In this document: in pieces, positions 44,453 through 53,610 of the stretch
How the letters are laid out: every line of letters begins with the position of its first letter
Position numbering within the stretch: the stretch's first letter is position 1
Origin: an uncultured virus (IMG/VR IMGVR_UViG_3300027739_000008)
Taxonomy: Duplodnaviria > Heunggongvirae > Uroviricota > Caudoviricetes
IMG/VR virus record: IMGVR_UViG_3300027739_000008
Strand: one strand, 5' to 3'
DNA: 64,000 bases
Made by a program: the position numbers and the translations under genes
Notes under the pieces: model-generated
Databases searched by the model: none
What the model saw: the letters and a program-made list of their open reading frames with translations, nothing else
What the model was told of the DNA's origin: nothing

Positions 44453-45067
44453 ATGCCGGAAAACGCGAGCTTGATTGAATATTATCGAAACCTTCTCATT
44501 TTGCAATATCGGCAAAAACTGAAAGCCGAAGCAATGGTCGAGGAATTTATCAAAGCCTTAATGATTTTTGATATTATCGACGACGTTCGAAACGGGTATA
44601 ATATTTCGACTGCGGTCGGACCGCAGCTTGATATTTTATCTTTATACGTCGGCGCATCGCGATACGTCCCTGGAACGTATTTTTATCGACAATATTTCGG
44701 GTACGTTCTTTATGGGGACACATCGCCATTTCTTTTTAATGGATATATAAAATACGGAGACACGGTCCCCGACGTGCAGTTCAGAACCTACGAGGAAGGA
44801 AAACAAGCGGATTACGCTTTGACAGACGCTGAATTGCGAAAATTTATCGAATTGCGAATTATAAAAAATAACTCGACGGGATCATTAAAAGATATCGACG
44901 ATTTTCTTTTATACTTTTTCTCCGGTACCGTGTACGTCGAGGAAGAGTCGAACATGGAATTGACGTATTATGTTCCTTTGGCCGACGTCAGAATATTTAC
45001 GATCGCGCGAGAAATGAACGTTCTTCCAAGCCCTGCGGGAGTCGGGGTTTTTGTCGTAGCAATATAG
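44453..45067 (+). CDS. DUF2612-like baseplate protein (unit B)
   Basis: Homolog of 4211-4825. Confidence 0.8.
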   Translation: MPENASLIEYYRNLLILQYRQKLKAEAMVEEFIKALMIFDIIDDVRNGYNISTAVGPQLDILSLYVGASRYVPGTYFYRQYFGYVLYGDTSPFLFNGYIKYGDTVPDVQFRTYEEGKQADYALTDAELRKFIELRIIKNNSTGSLKDIDDFLLYFFSGTVYVEEESNMELTYYVPLADVRIFTIAREMNVLPSPAGVGVFVVAI

Positions 45068-45113
45068 CAATATAGAAGCATAGCAATATAGATTTTACAA
45101 GGAGCGACATAAC

Positions 45114-47045
45114 ATGGCAAAACTTACCAGGGTACAGCAAAAAATATTCGGATCCTCCGGGGCAGCAACGGAATTTGGCGTTTTTGGATCCGACTCCGAA
45201 GGCGCTGCAGCCACTTCGAAGGATCCTGCGGTAATTCAGTCCCTTGCGACGTTTCTCCGGGGCCTTTATGGATCAACGGCAAACGCTGCCCAGCCTCCGA
45301 GAATAGAGGACATGAACGCCCTTTATTATCTTTTTGCCAGACAAATAGCCTACGGAATGCAGGCGGGTATCCCCGAATGGCTTGCGACGGAAAACTACTA
45401 TGCGAATGGATCCGTCGTACTTGGTAGCAACGGGAAAATATATATATCAAAAACGGGGACCGATGGAAGCCCGAACGTTAATAATGACCCGGTAACGGAC
45501 CCGGGGACGAATTGGCGCTTTGTTTGGACAAACGACGTTTTCTCCGCAACCCCTCTCTCCGATCTCTCCCGCGTCATGCATATCAATGGCGACGGTGTGC
45601 CGGTTATTCCCGACAACGCGGCAGGAATCGAATACATCCCTAATTTTGCAACAACTGATAGCTGGGCGGGAAACAATTCTGCTTTGTCAGTGTCCGCAAA
45701 TGTATTAAAAATCACTGCATCGTCATCATCGATATATGGAGCAACCAGAACTTTTTCTGTTCTCAACGGAAACCTTGCACGGTTAAGAATCAGAACATCT
45801 CGTGCGACGACGGTCTATATAAAAATATATGACGGTTCAAGCTATCCAATAAAAGGATACATTCAAACTAAGGCTGGTGTTTGGGCTTTCCTAGATGGCT
45901 ATGTAAACGGATCAGCAAACGCTGTCCTATACATAGACACCGTTGATAGCGCAACAGCAGGCGACATGTTAGAGATATCGCAAGAAGGCACATATCTCGG
46001 ATCGGGTCTTTACGACACGCCTCTGTATGATAAATCTTGTTGTAATATATTCAAAATCCATGGTGTCCTGCCCGTCAAAGGCAAGCGAGGATTAGCGCTA
46101 TCTTTTAATGGCGCACATTGGCTCGAAGCAAACAATCCGATAACTGGAATAACCGGAACCTTAAGTTTTATTTTAACCACTGGCTCCGACGTGACTACCC
46201 GTCAACGTATTTTAAGTAACCGAACATATTCGCCTAACGCTGGTATGTCCGCAAGCATTTATAATGGTGAACTTCTAGTGGAGGGATCGCAAGATGAACA
46301 TTTTGCTTGTGTCGCAGTAGCAAATACGGAGTATACACTTAGCTTTGATTTTACTCCGACGACCTATGCGGTGACGGTAAATGGCGTACAGGTAACGGCA
46401 GGCAATGCAGTCTTCACGCTTGCGACGAGCGTGCTTTATATAGGACGCGCCGCGCATTATGCAGGAGAGTACCTAAGCGCAACCATCGAGAATCTGCGAT
46501 ACGATGACACGGTTCTCACCGTTGACCAGAAGATAAGATATCTCAACGGCGACGACGCGGTTGACTCACAGCAGAAAAGCGCTACCGGCACGCCTCACGC
46601 TATCGCGGTGTTTGGGGACGATGGAAAGCTGCACGCGACGGCGACGCAGGCAGATAGCGCGACAACTGCGACCACGGCAGATCATGCGGCGACGGCGACG
46701 CAGGCTGATAACGCGACAACTGCGACCACGGCTACCACGGCTACGACATTTGGGACTACGAATCGCAAAAAGATTGATATTGGAGCATGGGACATGAATA
46801 ACACGCAGTCTGTTTCAGTGGCTCACGGACTTAATGAATTAAATGATATTATTGTATCTGTTACCGCAGCTATTAGAAACGATGCTTTTTCGAGAACTGA
46901 TATGCTGTCTAACAGCGGAGAGATTTATTGGGCACCCGGAGGTACTACGATAGTTTTAGGGCGAACCACATCCGGTTTATTTGACGGTACCAGCTATCAG
47001 TCAACGGCGTTCTCTCGCGGATTTATTGTAATTGATTACATCTAA
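45114..47045 (+). CDS. Tail fibre (unit B) with Ala/Thr repeat linker and different tip
   Basis: First ~505 aa homologous to unit A fibre; then ATATQADSATTATTA repeats and unrelated C-terminus. Confidence 0.85.
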   Translation: MAKLTRVQQKIFGSSGAATEFGVFGSDSEGAAATSKDPAVIQSLATFLRGLYGSTANAAQPPRIEDMNALYYLFARQIAYGMQAGIPEWLATENYYANGSVVLGSNGKIYISKTGTDGSPNVNNDPVTDPGTNWRFVWTNDVFSATPLSDLSRVMHINGDGVPVIPDNAAGIEYIPNFATTDSWAGNNSALSVSANVLKITASSSSIYGATRTFSVLNGNLARLRIRTSRATTVYIKIYDGSSYPIKGYIQTKAGVWAFLDGYVNGSANAVLYIDTVDSATAGDMLEISQEGTYLGSGLYDTPLYDKSCCNIFKIHGVLPVKGKRGLALSFNGAHWLEANNPITGITGTLSFILTTGSDVTTRQRILSNRTYSPNAGMSASIYNGELLVEGSQDEHFACVAVANTEYTLSFDFTPTTYAVTVNGVQVTAGNAVFTLATSVLYIGRAAHYAGEYLSATIENLRYDDTVLTVDQKIRYLNGDDAVDSQQKSATGTPHAIAVFGDDGKLHATATQADSATTATTADHAATATQADNATTATTATTATTFGTTNRKKIDIGAWDMNNTQSVSVAHGLNELNDIIVSVTAAIRNDAFSRTDMLSNSGEIYWAPGGTTIVLGRTTSGLFDGTSYQSTAFSRGFIVIDYI

Positions 47046-47170
47046 TCGTTGTTGATTAGTTCACCCTACACCATTTTACATGGAATAAGGCGAACCACAA
47101 AAGCACGTCGCAAAAAAGGCAAGCCCACCCCCGCTTGCCTTTTTTTCTTTTATACCCCATAATTAAAACC

Positions 47171-47356
47171 ATGGGACAACACAAAGGGCACCCGGGGCCT
47201 GTAAAGCCGGAAGAAGAAAAATTGAATCAATGGGTCCGCGTAGGATTTACCAAAAAGGAAATGCCCTTGATTAAGTCAAGGGCGAAGGGTTTGGGCATTT
47301 CCGTCGCGAAGTATTTTCGTACTCTTTTCGTTGCCGATATCACGAAAAATGCCTGA
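47171..47356 (+). CDS. RHH-like DNA-binding protein (unit B)
   Basis: Homolog of 7406-7591. Confidence 0.6.
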   Translation: MGQHKGHPGPVKPEEEKLNQWVRVGFTKKEMPLIKSRAKGLGISVAKYFRTLFVADITKNA

Positions 47357-47537
47357 TCCGAAGACAACCGACCCGACGGCGGTATTGATCGAGAGAATTC
47401 GCCAGGAAATAGGATGCGGGCGAGTACCAACGGCCGACGTTTTGCGCCTTTGCGATCGCGCGGAGAGTTTGCTTTCCGTTTCTTTGCGAATGGAAACGGC
47501 TTTGCATGGTGCTATAAAAAGAATCGAAAGTTATTGA
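47349..47537 (+). CDS. Hypothetical (unit B)
   Basis: Homolog of 7584-7772. Confidence 0.55.
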   Translation: MPDPKTTDPTAVLIERIRQEIGCGRVPTADVLRLCDRAESLLSVSLRMETALHGAIKRIESY

Positions 47538-47625
47538 CAGGTTTTCTTTCTGGGTATAATATTAAGTTACTTTATTGACTTCCTTTTTTTGCCCCAAGGT
47601 CGCCGTTGGCGATACAGGGCCACAT

Positions 47626-47701
47626 TCCCGGCCTCTTGTTGTGCACGACAAGAGAATTGGACACCCTAAAAAGGTACTTGGTTCGAATCCAAGGTCGGGA
47701 G
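47626..47701 (+). ncRNA. tRNA-like RNA with canonical acceptor and T arms but aberrant D/anticodon region
   Basis: TCCCGGC/GTCGGGA, CTTGG-TTCGAAT-CCAAG, 9-bp CTCTTGTTG/CGACAAGAG hairpin. Confidence 0.65.
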
Positions 47702-47709
47702 CTATTCAT

Positions 47710-47782
47710 CGCAAGGTGGAGAAGCGGCTATCTCGTTTCCCTCATAAGGAAAAGATCCTGGGTTCGAATCCCAGCCTTGCAA
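47710..47782 (+). tRNA. tRNA-Met(CAT) with C1:A72 mismatch
   Basis: C-GCAAGG/CCTTGC-A, GAGA/TCTC D stem, TTTCC-CTCATAA-GGAAA, CTGGG-TTCGAAT-CCCAG. Confidence 0.9.
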
Positions 47783-47789
47783 AAAACTC

Positions 47790-47906
47790 GCAGTCACGCG
47801 CGAGCATACGGACGGAACAGCCCTTTTTGAAGATGGCCGCTCCGGTATTTTTGGACCCGTCCTCCGGATTTCCCGGGCGTGACGCGGCCATCTTCTAAAG
47901 GGGTTG
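47790..47906 (+). ncRNA. Conserved cis-regulatory RNA (unit B copy)
   Basis: All paired segments of 8112-8230 retained, linkers changed. Confidence 0.65.
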
Positions 47907-47910
47907 AGTT

Positions 47911-48600
47911 TTGAAAACTGGAATAATTTATATGTATACCTCTCCGTCCGGGAAGTCATACATAGGGCAGACAATCGATGAAAAAAGAAGAAAACATCAA
48001 CACCAATTTGATAAAATAAATATCTGTACCGCTTTCAAGAATGCCATTTATAAATATGGTTTTGATAATTTCAAATATGAAGTGCTGCATTCTGGAATAG
48101 AAACAAAAGAAGAATTAAACAGACTTGAAGAAAAAGAAATATCGGAAAGAAAAACACTCTCCCCGTTAGGATATAATTTATTGTCTGGAGGTAATTCAAG
48201 AATACCTTCCGAAGAAACAAGGAAAAGACAATCTTTAGCACAAATAGGGCGAAAACATACAAAAGAAACAATTATAAAAATGTGCCGGGTTCAGAAAGGA
48301 AAAAAGGTTTCTGAAGAAACAAGAGAAATATTGAGGATACAACATACAGGAAAAAAGCTATCAGAAGAACATAAGAATAAAATATCTAAAGGAAACAAGG
48401 GCCATTATGTTTCTCAAAAAAGTAGGGACATAACAATCCAGAGAAATAAGAAAAAAATACTTTGTGTTGAGACAGGAAAGATTTATGACTCTTTTTCAGA
48501 GGCGGCGAAAGAATACGGAGTAAAGAATCTTTCTTCTTTTTCAGCAGCGTTACGAAGTGAAAAAAATACCGCCTACGGTTTTCATTGGAGGCGGGCATAA
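47911..48600 (+). CDS. Free-standing GIY-YIG homing endonuclease with NUMOD3-like repeats
   Basis: GIIY...SYIGQT...R, GYN, SEETR/HTKET repeats; AT-rich; absent in unit A. Confidence 0.9.
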   Translation: MKTGIIYMYTSPSGKSYIGQTIDEKRRKHQHQFDKINICTAFKNAIYKYGFDNFKYEVLHSGIETKEELNRLEEKEISERKTLSPLGYNLLSGGNSRIPSEETRKRQSLAQIGRKHTKETIIKMCRVQKGKKVSEETREILRIQHTGKKLSEEHKNKISKGNKGHYVSQKSRDITIQRNKKKILCVETGKIYDSFSEAAKEYGVKNLSSFSAALRSEKNTAYGFHWRRA

Positions 48601-50285
48601 TGATCGAGCTACGGAAAAACCAGCGCGAGGCAATTGATTCCGTTTATGATGGGTGGGCTAAAGGATTGGAAGGTAATTTCCTTATTTGCGCCCCGACTGG
48701 TTCAGGGAAAAGCGTTATAATAGCTTTTTTGATAAAAGAACTTTTTGAGAACTGGGGAGCAAGAATCTTAGTTCTTACCCATACAAAAGAAATTATTACG
48801 CAAAATGTTCAAAAGATTTTGACCATATGGCCGATGGCTCCGGTCGGTATTTATTCCGCTGGAATTGGCCGAAAAGAATTGCACGAACAAATTGTTTTCG
48901 CGGGGATTCAAAGTATCGCCAGTAAAATATCTACTACGCGGCCTTTTGATATTTGTATAGTCGATGAATGCCATTTAATTGACACGAACGAAAACACACG
49001 GTACAAAAAAACGCTTGATCTTTTATCTGTTATGAATCCAAATATGCGCGTTATTGGATTGACGGCTTCTCCTTTCCGTCTCGGTTCCGGATGGATTCAT
49101 AAGGGAGAAAACCGCATTTTTCATCATATGGTGTATGATATTAAAATACAGGAACTTATCGACCAAGGATTCCTGTCAAATATTATTCCGCAAGGTGGAT
49201 CGGTCAAAGTAAATACTGACGGTGTTTCTTTACGCGGGAAAGAGTTCGTTCCAGGAGAACTTGAAGCCGCAGCCATGAAGGGCGAGACAACCGCCGACGC
49301 AATAAAAGATATTGTTGAACGCGGGAAAGATCGAAAGTGTTGGCTCATTTTTTCATGTGGAACGAAACATTCTGAACAGATTCTTGAATGCTTGCGAAGC
49401 CATGATATAAGCGCTGAAATGATTTCCGCTGATACTCCGAAAGCATTACGAGATCGATATATAAACGAACATAAAAGCGGTCAAATAAAATGTTTGGTAA
49501 ACTGTTCTGTTTTGACTGTTGGATATGACAACCCCCGCGTGGACCTTTTGGCTCTTATTCGACCCACAAAGTCGGAAAGCCTCTACCTTCAGCTTGTCGG
49601 TCGAGGAATGAGGATATTCCCCGGAAAAGAAAATTGTTTATTTTTGGACTATACCCATACGTCAACCGACTTAGGCCCGATAGATGCGCTTGACCCTGAT
49701 AACAAACAAAAAGGCCAAGGCGTCCCCCCCGCGAAGGAGTGCCCGTCCTGTCAGGCCATCATCGCCGCTGGCTTCCGGATTTGTCCCGTATGCGGGCATG
49801 AGTTCCCGGCACCCGTGCCCAAAATAGCCCCGCGGCCCGTAGCGGCACCCGTCCTGAAAAGCCAGATTCTCCCCCAAGAATACGAGGTTACCGGCTGCCG
49901 GTACTGCCGACACGTAAAGCAGGGGAAAAAGGATTCGATACGGGTCGAATATACCTGTGGTTTTCTCACCTTCAAAGAATGGGTGTTCCCCGATGCAGGA
50001 ACTACCCAGCTCGCGTTTTACTACGGGAAATTCATGTCCGCTGCGGGGGTAGAATATACCCGATGGCCAAGAACCGTTGAGGCTTTTTTGGCCGCTCCCC
50101 CACGGTCGCCCTCGCGGATATGGGTGACTCAGGAAGGGAAATTCGACCGCGTGACGCGCAAGGAATACGGGGCTGGGGCTCCCGAGGTGGAGGTGGACAG
50201 GCCGAGTATGAGAGAGCAAAAAGAGCGGTATGATATGGAGAAGGAAGCGAAAGAGCCTATTTATCTTGACGACGTGCCATTTTAA
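48600..50285 (+). CDS. SF2 DEXH helicase (unit B allele)
   Basis: PTGSGKS, DECH, TASP, QLVGRGMR; C-terminal third near-identical to unit A. Confidence 0.92.
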   Translation: MIELRKNQREAIDSVYDGWAKGLEGNFLICAPTGSGKSVIIAFLIKELFENWGARILVLTHTKEIITQNVQKILTIWPMAPVGIYSAGIGRKELHEQIVFAGIQSIASKISTTRPFDICIVDECHLIDTNENTRYKKTLDLLSVMNPNMRVIGLTASPFRLGSGWIHKGENRIFHHMVYDIKIQELIDQGFLSNIIPQGGSVKVNTDGVSLRGKEFVPGELEAAAMKGETTADAIKDIVERGKDRKCWLIFSCGTKHSEQILECLRSHDISAEMISADTPKALRDRYINEHKSGQIKCLVNCSVLTVGYDNPRVDLLALIRPTKSESLYLQLVGRGMRIFPGKENCLFLDYTHTSTDLGPIDALDPDNKQKGQGVPPAKECPSCQAIIAAGFRICPVCGHEFPAPVPKIAPRPVAAPVLKSQILPQEYEVTGCRYCRHVKQGKKDSIRVEYTCGFLTFKEWVFPDAGTTQLAFYYGKFMSAAGVEYTRWPRTVEAFLAAPPRSPSRIWVTQEGKFDRVTRKEYGAGAPEVEVDRPSMREQKERYDMEKEAKEPIYLDDVPF

Positions 50286-50435
50286 CCATAAAATAAAAAC
50301 ACCATCTTTGCCGTCTTATGTATCTCGAGCCCTTTTGTACCAGCAAAAGGTGACGCGCCGAATTCGACTCGGCGCGTTTTTTTTCTCCATTCTCCCCACT
50401 TGCCCCCGCGCCTTTTCCGTTGTAATATCATTCTC

Positions 50436-50762
50436 ATGAACGATCAAAAAACAGTGTGCGATGCTCATGTTTTATTGCTTCAGACCGTCGAGCGGGTGCA
50501 AGCCGGTCAGGAAAAACTATACAATCTGGACCGCGAAAAGGCGGCGGAATTATCCGAAATCAAGGTATCAATGGCCCGCATGGAAGCGAGCACGGGGGCG
50601 GGATTCGAGACGCTCGCCGAACAAATTGAATCCTTACGAAAAATGATCGCCGCGCAAAGCTCGCGGCACTGGAAACCCGGACACTTGGTCGCCCTTGCCG
50701 GGTCTTTTTTTGGTTCGGCGGGAATCGTTCTCGCCGCGTGGATATCGAGGGGGAAATCATGA
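50436..50762 (+). CDS. Coiled-coil/TM lysis-associated protein (unit B)
   Basis: Distant homolog of 10729-11079. Confidence 0.55.
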   Translation: MNDQKTVCDAHVLLLQTVERVQAGQEKLYNLDREKAAELSEIKVSMARMEASTGAGFETLAEQIESLRKMIAAQSSRHWKPGHLVALAGSFFGSAGIVLAAWISRGKS

Positions 50763-51238
50763 GCAAAAAACTTGAAGACCTGAAACCGATGGTCATGGTC
50801 GCGGCGCTCAAGGCGCTCGCGGAGCTCAAGTCGGCGGGCGTTCAGGTCGTCGTAACCTACACGTTCCGGACGACCGAGGAGCAACAGGCTCTTTACGCGC
50901 AGGGCCGAAAGCCGATTGCCGAGGTTAACGCACTCCGCGCGAAGGCGGGTCTTTACCAGATCAAGGAATATCTCGGGAAAGACAAGAAAACCCATTCAGA
51001 CAACGATTATTCCGTCACTAACTGCGACGGGGTGAAAAAGCGAAGCGCACACCAGACCGGAAACGCGCTCGACGTGGTGCCCGATATTGACCCCTCAGAA
51101 CGCGATGTGCCGGGCTGGCCCGTGCCTTCCGATCCGCGATGGGAGAAAATCGCGGTTGCTTTTCGCCGCCATGGTTTCGAGTGGGGCGGGGACTGGGAAG
51201 AATTCCCGGATTATCCGCATTATCAGTATAGGGGCTAA
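50759..51238 (+). CDS. Endolysin, M15 family (L-Ala-D-Glu peptidase-like)
   Basis: RT.EEQ.ALYAQGR, SAH..G.ALD, EWGGDW..F.DYPH.Q. Confidence 0.9.
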   Translation: MSKKLEDLKPMVMVAALKALAELKSAGVQVVVTYTFRTTEEQQALYAQGRKPIAEVNALRAKAGLYQIKEYLGKDKKTHSDNDYSVTNCDGVKKRSAHQTGNALDVVPDIDPSERDVPGWPVPSDPRWEKIAVAFRRHGFEWGGDWEEFPDYPHYQYRG

Positions 51239-51261
51239 TACTTTCTTATAGGAGGTGTGAT

Positions 51262-51501
51262 ATGAAAGGCTTTTTTGGGATCTTCAAGGAATCTGACGGG
51301 GCGTGGTCAATGCGCCGCGTGTTGGCCTTTATCGGTTTTGTCGCCGGTATCGCGTGTGGGATTATCGCGGTGCTTTTTGGAAAGACTTGGCAGGATATCG
51401 CCATTGCCTTCGGTATGCCAATCTCCGCCGCACTCATTCTCTTGTTTTTCACCACATGGACGGACGTTATCGGAATAGTAAACGCAGTAAGGAAGGGTTG
51501 A
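51262..51501 (+). CDS. Putative holin (unit B)
   Basis: 78/79 aa identical to 11090-11329. Confidence 0.7.
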   Translation: MKGFFGIFKESDGAWSMRRVLAFIGFVAGIACGIIAVLFGKTWQDIAIAFGMPISAALILLFFTTWTDVIGIVNAVRKG

Positions 51502-51502
51502 T

Positions 51503-51964
51503 TTGTGCGCGCGCGGACCGTTGCGTTACTTTTTATTGTTGGCGTTGCTCTTGCTCTCATCGCTGGCCTTTTCGCAGGATGGCGGGTCGCCGCTTCCGGT
51601 GCCGGACTTATCGGAATCGTCGCAGGACTCGCTAGAACAGCTTCTAAGCGAGCCGCCGACGACGCCCGCCGCGCAGATAAAGCCGGGCATGACGCTCGAG
51701 CAGAGGCAAGCCGCGACGCTGAAAGCATGGATCGAGTGGTCGAAAGAGGTGACGATCTGGCAAGAAGAGGTCAAAGCCTCGTGGAGCAAAGCGAAGGGCT
51801 CATACGAGAAAGCAGACGTGGCGCGAGTAAAACAGATCGAAAGCCGTGATATCGAGATCGCCGCGCTCAAGGATCAGCTACGTCAAGCGCAGACCGCCGC
51901 ATGGATCGCAGGATTCGGCGGCGCGGTTACTGGTTTCGTTATAGATAGAATCGTATCGCGCTAA
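51503..51964 (+). CDS. Spanin-like long-frame protein (unit B)
   Basis: Homolog of 11332-11793. Confidence 0.55.
   Translation: MCARGPLRYFLLLALLLLSSLAFSQDGGSPLPVPDLSESSQDSLEQLLSEPPTTPAAQIKPGMTLEQRQAATLKAWIEWSKEVTIWQEEVKASWSKAKGSYEKADVARVKQIESRDIEIAALKDQLRQAQTAAWIAGFGGAVTGFVIDRIVSR
51505..51849 (+). CDS. Spanin-like nested protein (unit B)
   Basis: Homolog of 11334-11669. Confidence 0.55.
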   Translation: MRARTVALLFIVGVALALIAGLFAGWRVAASGAGLIGIVAGLARTASKRAADDARRADKAGHDARAEASRDAESMDRVVERGDDLARRGQSLVEQSEGLIRESRRGASKTDRKP

Positions 51965-52016
51965 CATTGAGTTGACCTGCAATCTACTGATTGTCAGGTC
52001 GAACTCGTTGTTATGC
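51959..52016 (-). repeat. attC site (unit B, distal)
   Basis: GCATAAC-AAC-GAGTT[C]GACCTG[A]CAATC-AGTA-GATTG-CAGGTC-AACTC-AAT-GTTAGCG. Confidence 0.9.
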
Positions 52017-52027
52017 GTCGTGGCCTG

Positions 52028-52231
52028 TTACTTATCGCTAAACCAAACCGTAACCACGGAGGCAGGGCCGACAAGACCGATGGCGTGAACGATTTCGCCC
52101 TTCCAATTTCCAGACGGCGACCAATCGCACTGAACCAGCTTAATCATATTGCCGATCCAGCAACCGATACAGAAAATACCAATGATAAGTTGTGCAACCT
52201 GAACGCCAATTCCCGCATTTCGTGCTCTCAT
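52028..52231 (-). CDS. Cassette gene, small membrane protein
   Basis: AAGGAG RBS; hydrophobic; W..N.IKL..CD...KGE..H.IG pattern of phage membrane proteins. Confidence 0.75.
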   Translation of the reverse strand: MRARNAGIGVQVAQLIIGIFCIGCWIGNMIKLVQCDWSPSGNWKGEIVHAIGLVGPASVVTVWFSDK

Positions 52232-52307
52232 AAAAAACTCCTTTCCTGATACGCTCAGGCCGCGATTTAGTTCGTGTCGGTATAACCTGTTATACCGCTA
52301 AGAATCC

Positions 52308-52371
52308 GCATAACATTATATTAACCTGCAATGACCTACTGGGCATTGTCAGGTTGAACTACTTGTTGGGC
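52308..52371 (-). repeat. attC site (unit B, proximal)
   Basis: GCCCAAC-AAGTAGTT[C]AACCTG[A]CAATG...CATTG-CAGGTT-AATATAAT-GTTATGC. Confidence 0.85.
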
Positions 52372-52596
52372 GTTGCCGGGTGCGTCTGGTAACTCCATCC
52401 AATGAGTACAAGCCGGATCGTGATTGATAAACCATTTTGTGTATTGCTGAACACCGTCTCTTACGCCATTTGTGATCGGTTTGAAAAAATCCTCGACATG
52501 AACTGTTTTAATGCTTCCATTTGCAAAGTGCATAAGCACAGACCGATCACTTAAATGTGGCTCACGATCCGTACATTTAATCCATTCTCCGTACAT
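52336..52596 (-). CDS. Cassette gene, DUF551-like protein
   Basis: GGAGG RBS; WIKC.DR.P...THWMELPD.P; reads into attC. Confidence 0.8.
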   Translation of the reverse strand: MYGEWIKCTDREPHLSDRSVLMHFANGSIKTVHVEDFFKPITNGVRDGVQQYTKWFINHDPACTHWMELPDAPGNAQQVVQPDNAQ

Positions 52597-52642
52597 AAAA
52601 CCTCCCGGCAACTTGGTTGACTGTCCGTGTAAATCGCCAGAT

Positions 52643-53113
52643 TTATGCGGCTGGCAATCCGCCTCCCCTTCGAACCTTTTCAACATACTCCCAATCGGTC
52701 CCGTGAACCCGCGTTCCGGTTCTCCCGCGTCGATAAGCTGAAATCGCCTGGTCCATATCGCCCATTGCGCAAAAATGGTCCATTATGATATGGCCGGCAA
52801 TAATCGCCGACTGCAGCGGGCAATAGGGGTTATATTCTCCCCATTTCGAAGCCCGTTCGGCGTGATAATCCGGCGTTTCATGCAGTCCATAGTCTCCGAC
52901 GTCTAAAGGGTCCGGGTGCGAAACGTTGGCACCATAACTCGATTCCGCAAACCGAAGGCCCCTGAGTATCCACTCCGGGCATCCGGTTTCATACGACGCA
53001 ATCTCGTAAATGGTTAGTTCGGGCCCTGAAAAATCGTTATATTGAATAGTCGGGCTTTCGCACGATAAGCAAAGGGCGGCCGTTAGGGCCAAGAGTACCA
53101 GGAGTTTTCTCAC
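52643..53113 (-). CDS. SLT-like lipoprotein (unit B)
   Basis: Homolog of 14122-14583; new C-terminus runs into cassette leader. Confidence 0.65.
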   Translation of the reverse strand: MRKLLVLLALTAALCLSCESPTIQYNDFSGPELTIYEIASYETGCPEWILRGLRFAESSYGANVSHPDPLDVGDYGLHETPDYHAERASKWGEYNPYCPLQSAIIAGHIIMDHFCAMGDMDQAISAYRRGRTGTRVHGTDWEYVEKVRRGGGLPAA

Positions 53114-53327
53114 ACAAAGCCTCCGAAAGTATTTTTTTAACCGACCTTTGCGCGGTGTCGTACTGCTCTATTGTAATATTCTTTTTCAGCAAAAGATCTA
53201 GTTCTTCCATAATCGCGAAAGAAAGCGCCTCGACGGGATCCATGTATGCGGTCGCCGGCATTGACGCCGAGCCGAGCTTTTCGTCTGTCATCCCTTCAAA
53301 AAGGAAAGGCTCATTTTCTCGGTTCAT
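53037..53327 (-). CDS. Hypothetical (unit B)
   Basis: Homolog of 14507-14797. Confidence 0.55.
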   Translation of the reverse strand: MNRENEPFLFEGMTDEKLGSASMPATAYMDPVEALSFAIMEELDLLLKKNITIEQYDTAQRSVKKILSEALCEKTPGTLGPNGRPLLIVRKPDYSI

Positions 53328-53610
53328 AGTTCACCCGAAGGCCAAGAACGCGCGCCAAAAACCACTCGACCCGAGCCTCGCGAGAGCGCCACCAATCACG
53401 GAGCATATAGATTTCTTGGCACCGGCAAAGGGCGATAATACATTCTTTCATGTAATCGACCCACGTCGAGACCGCGGGCAAGAGGTAGCAAACATCATGC
53501 GGATTGACGGGTATATACCCCTTTTGCAAAATTTGCTCCGCTGCAGCGTAGAAAGCGGATTGGTTGCCGTTAGGACGTCCCGTTATCGGTCCCGAAATGT
53601 ACGTTTTCAA
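53311..53610 (-). CDS. DUF4406 protein (unit B)
   Basis: Homolog of 14781-15086. Confidence 0.8.
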   Translation of the reverse strand: MKTYISGPITGRPNGNQSAFYAAAEQILQKGYIPVNPHDVCYLLPAVSTWVDYMKECIIALCRCQEIYMLRDWWRSREARVEWFLARVLGLRVNYEPRK

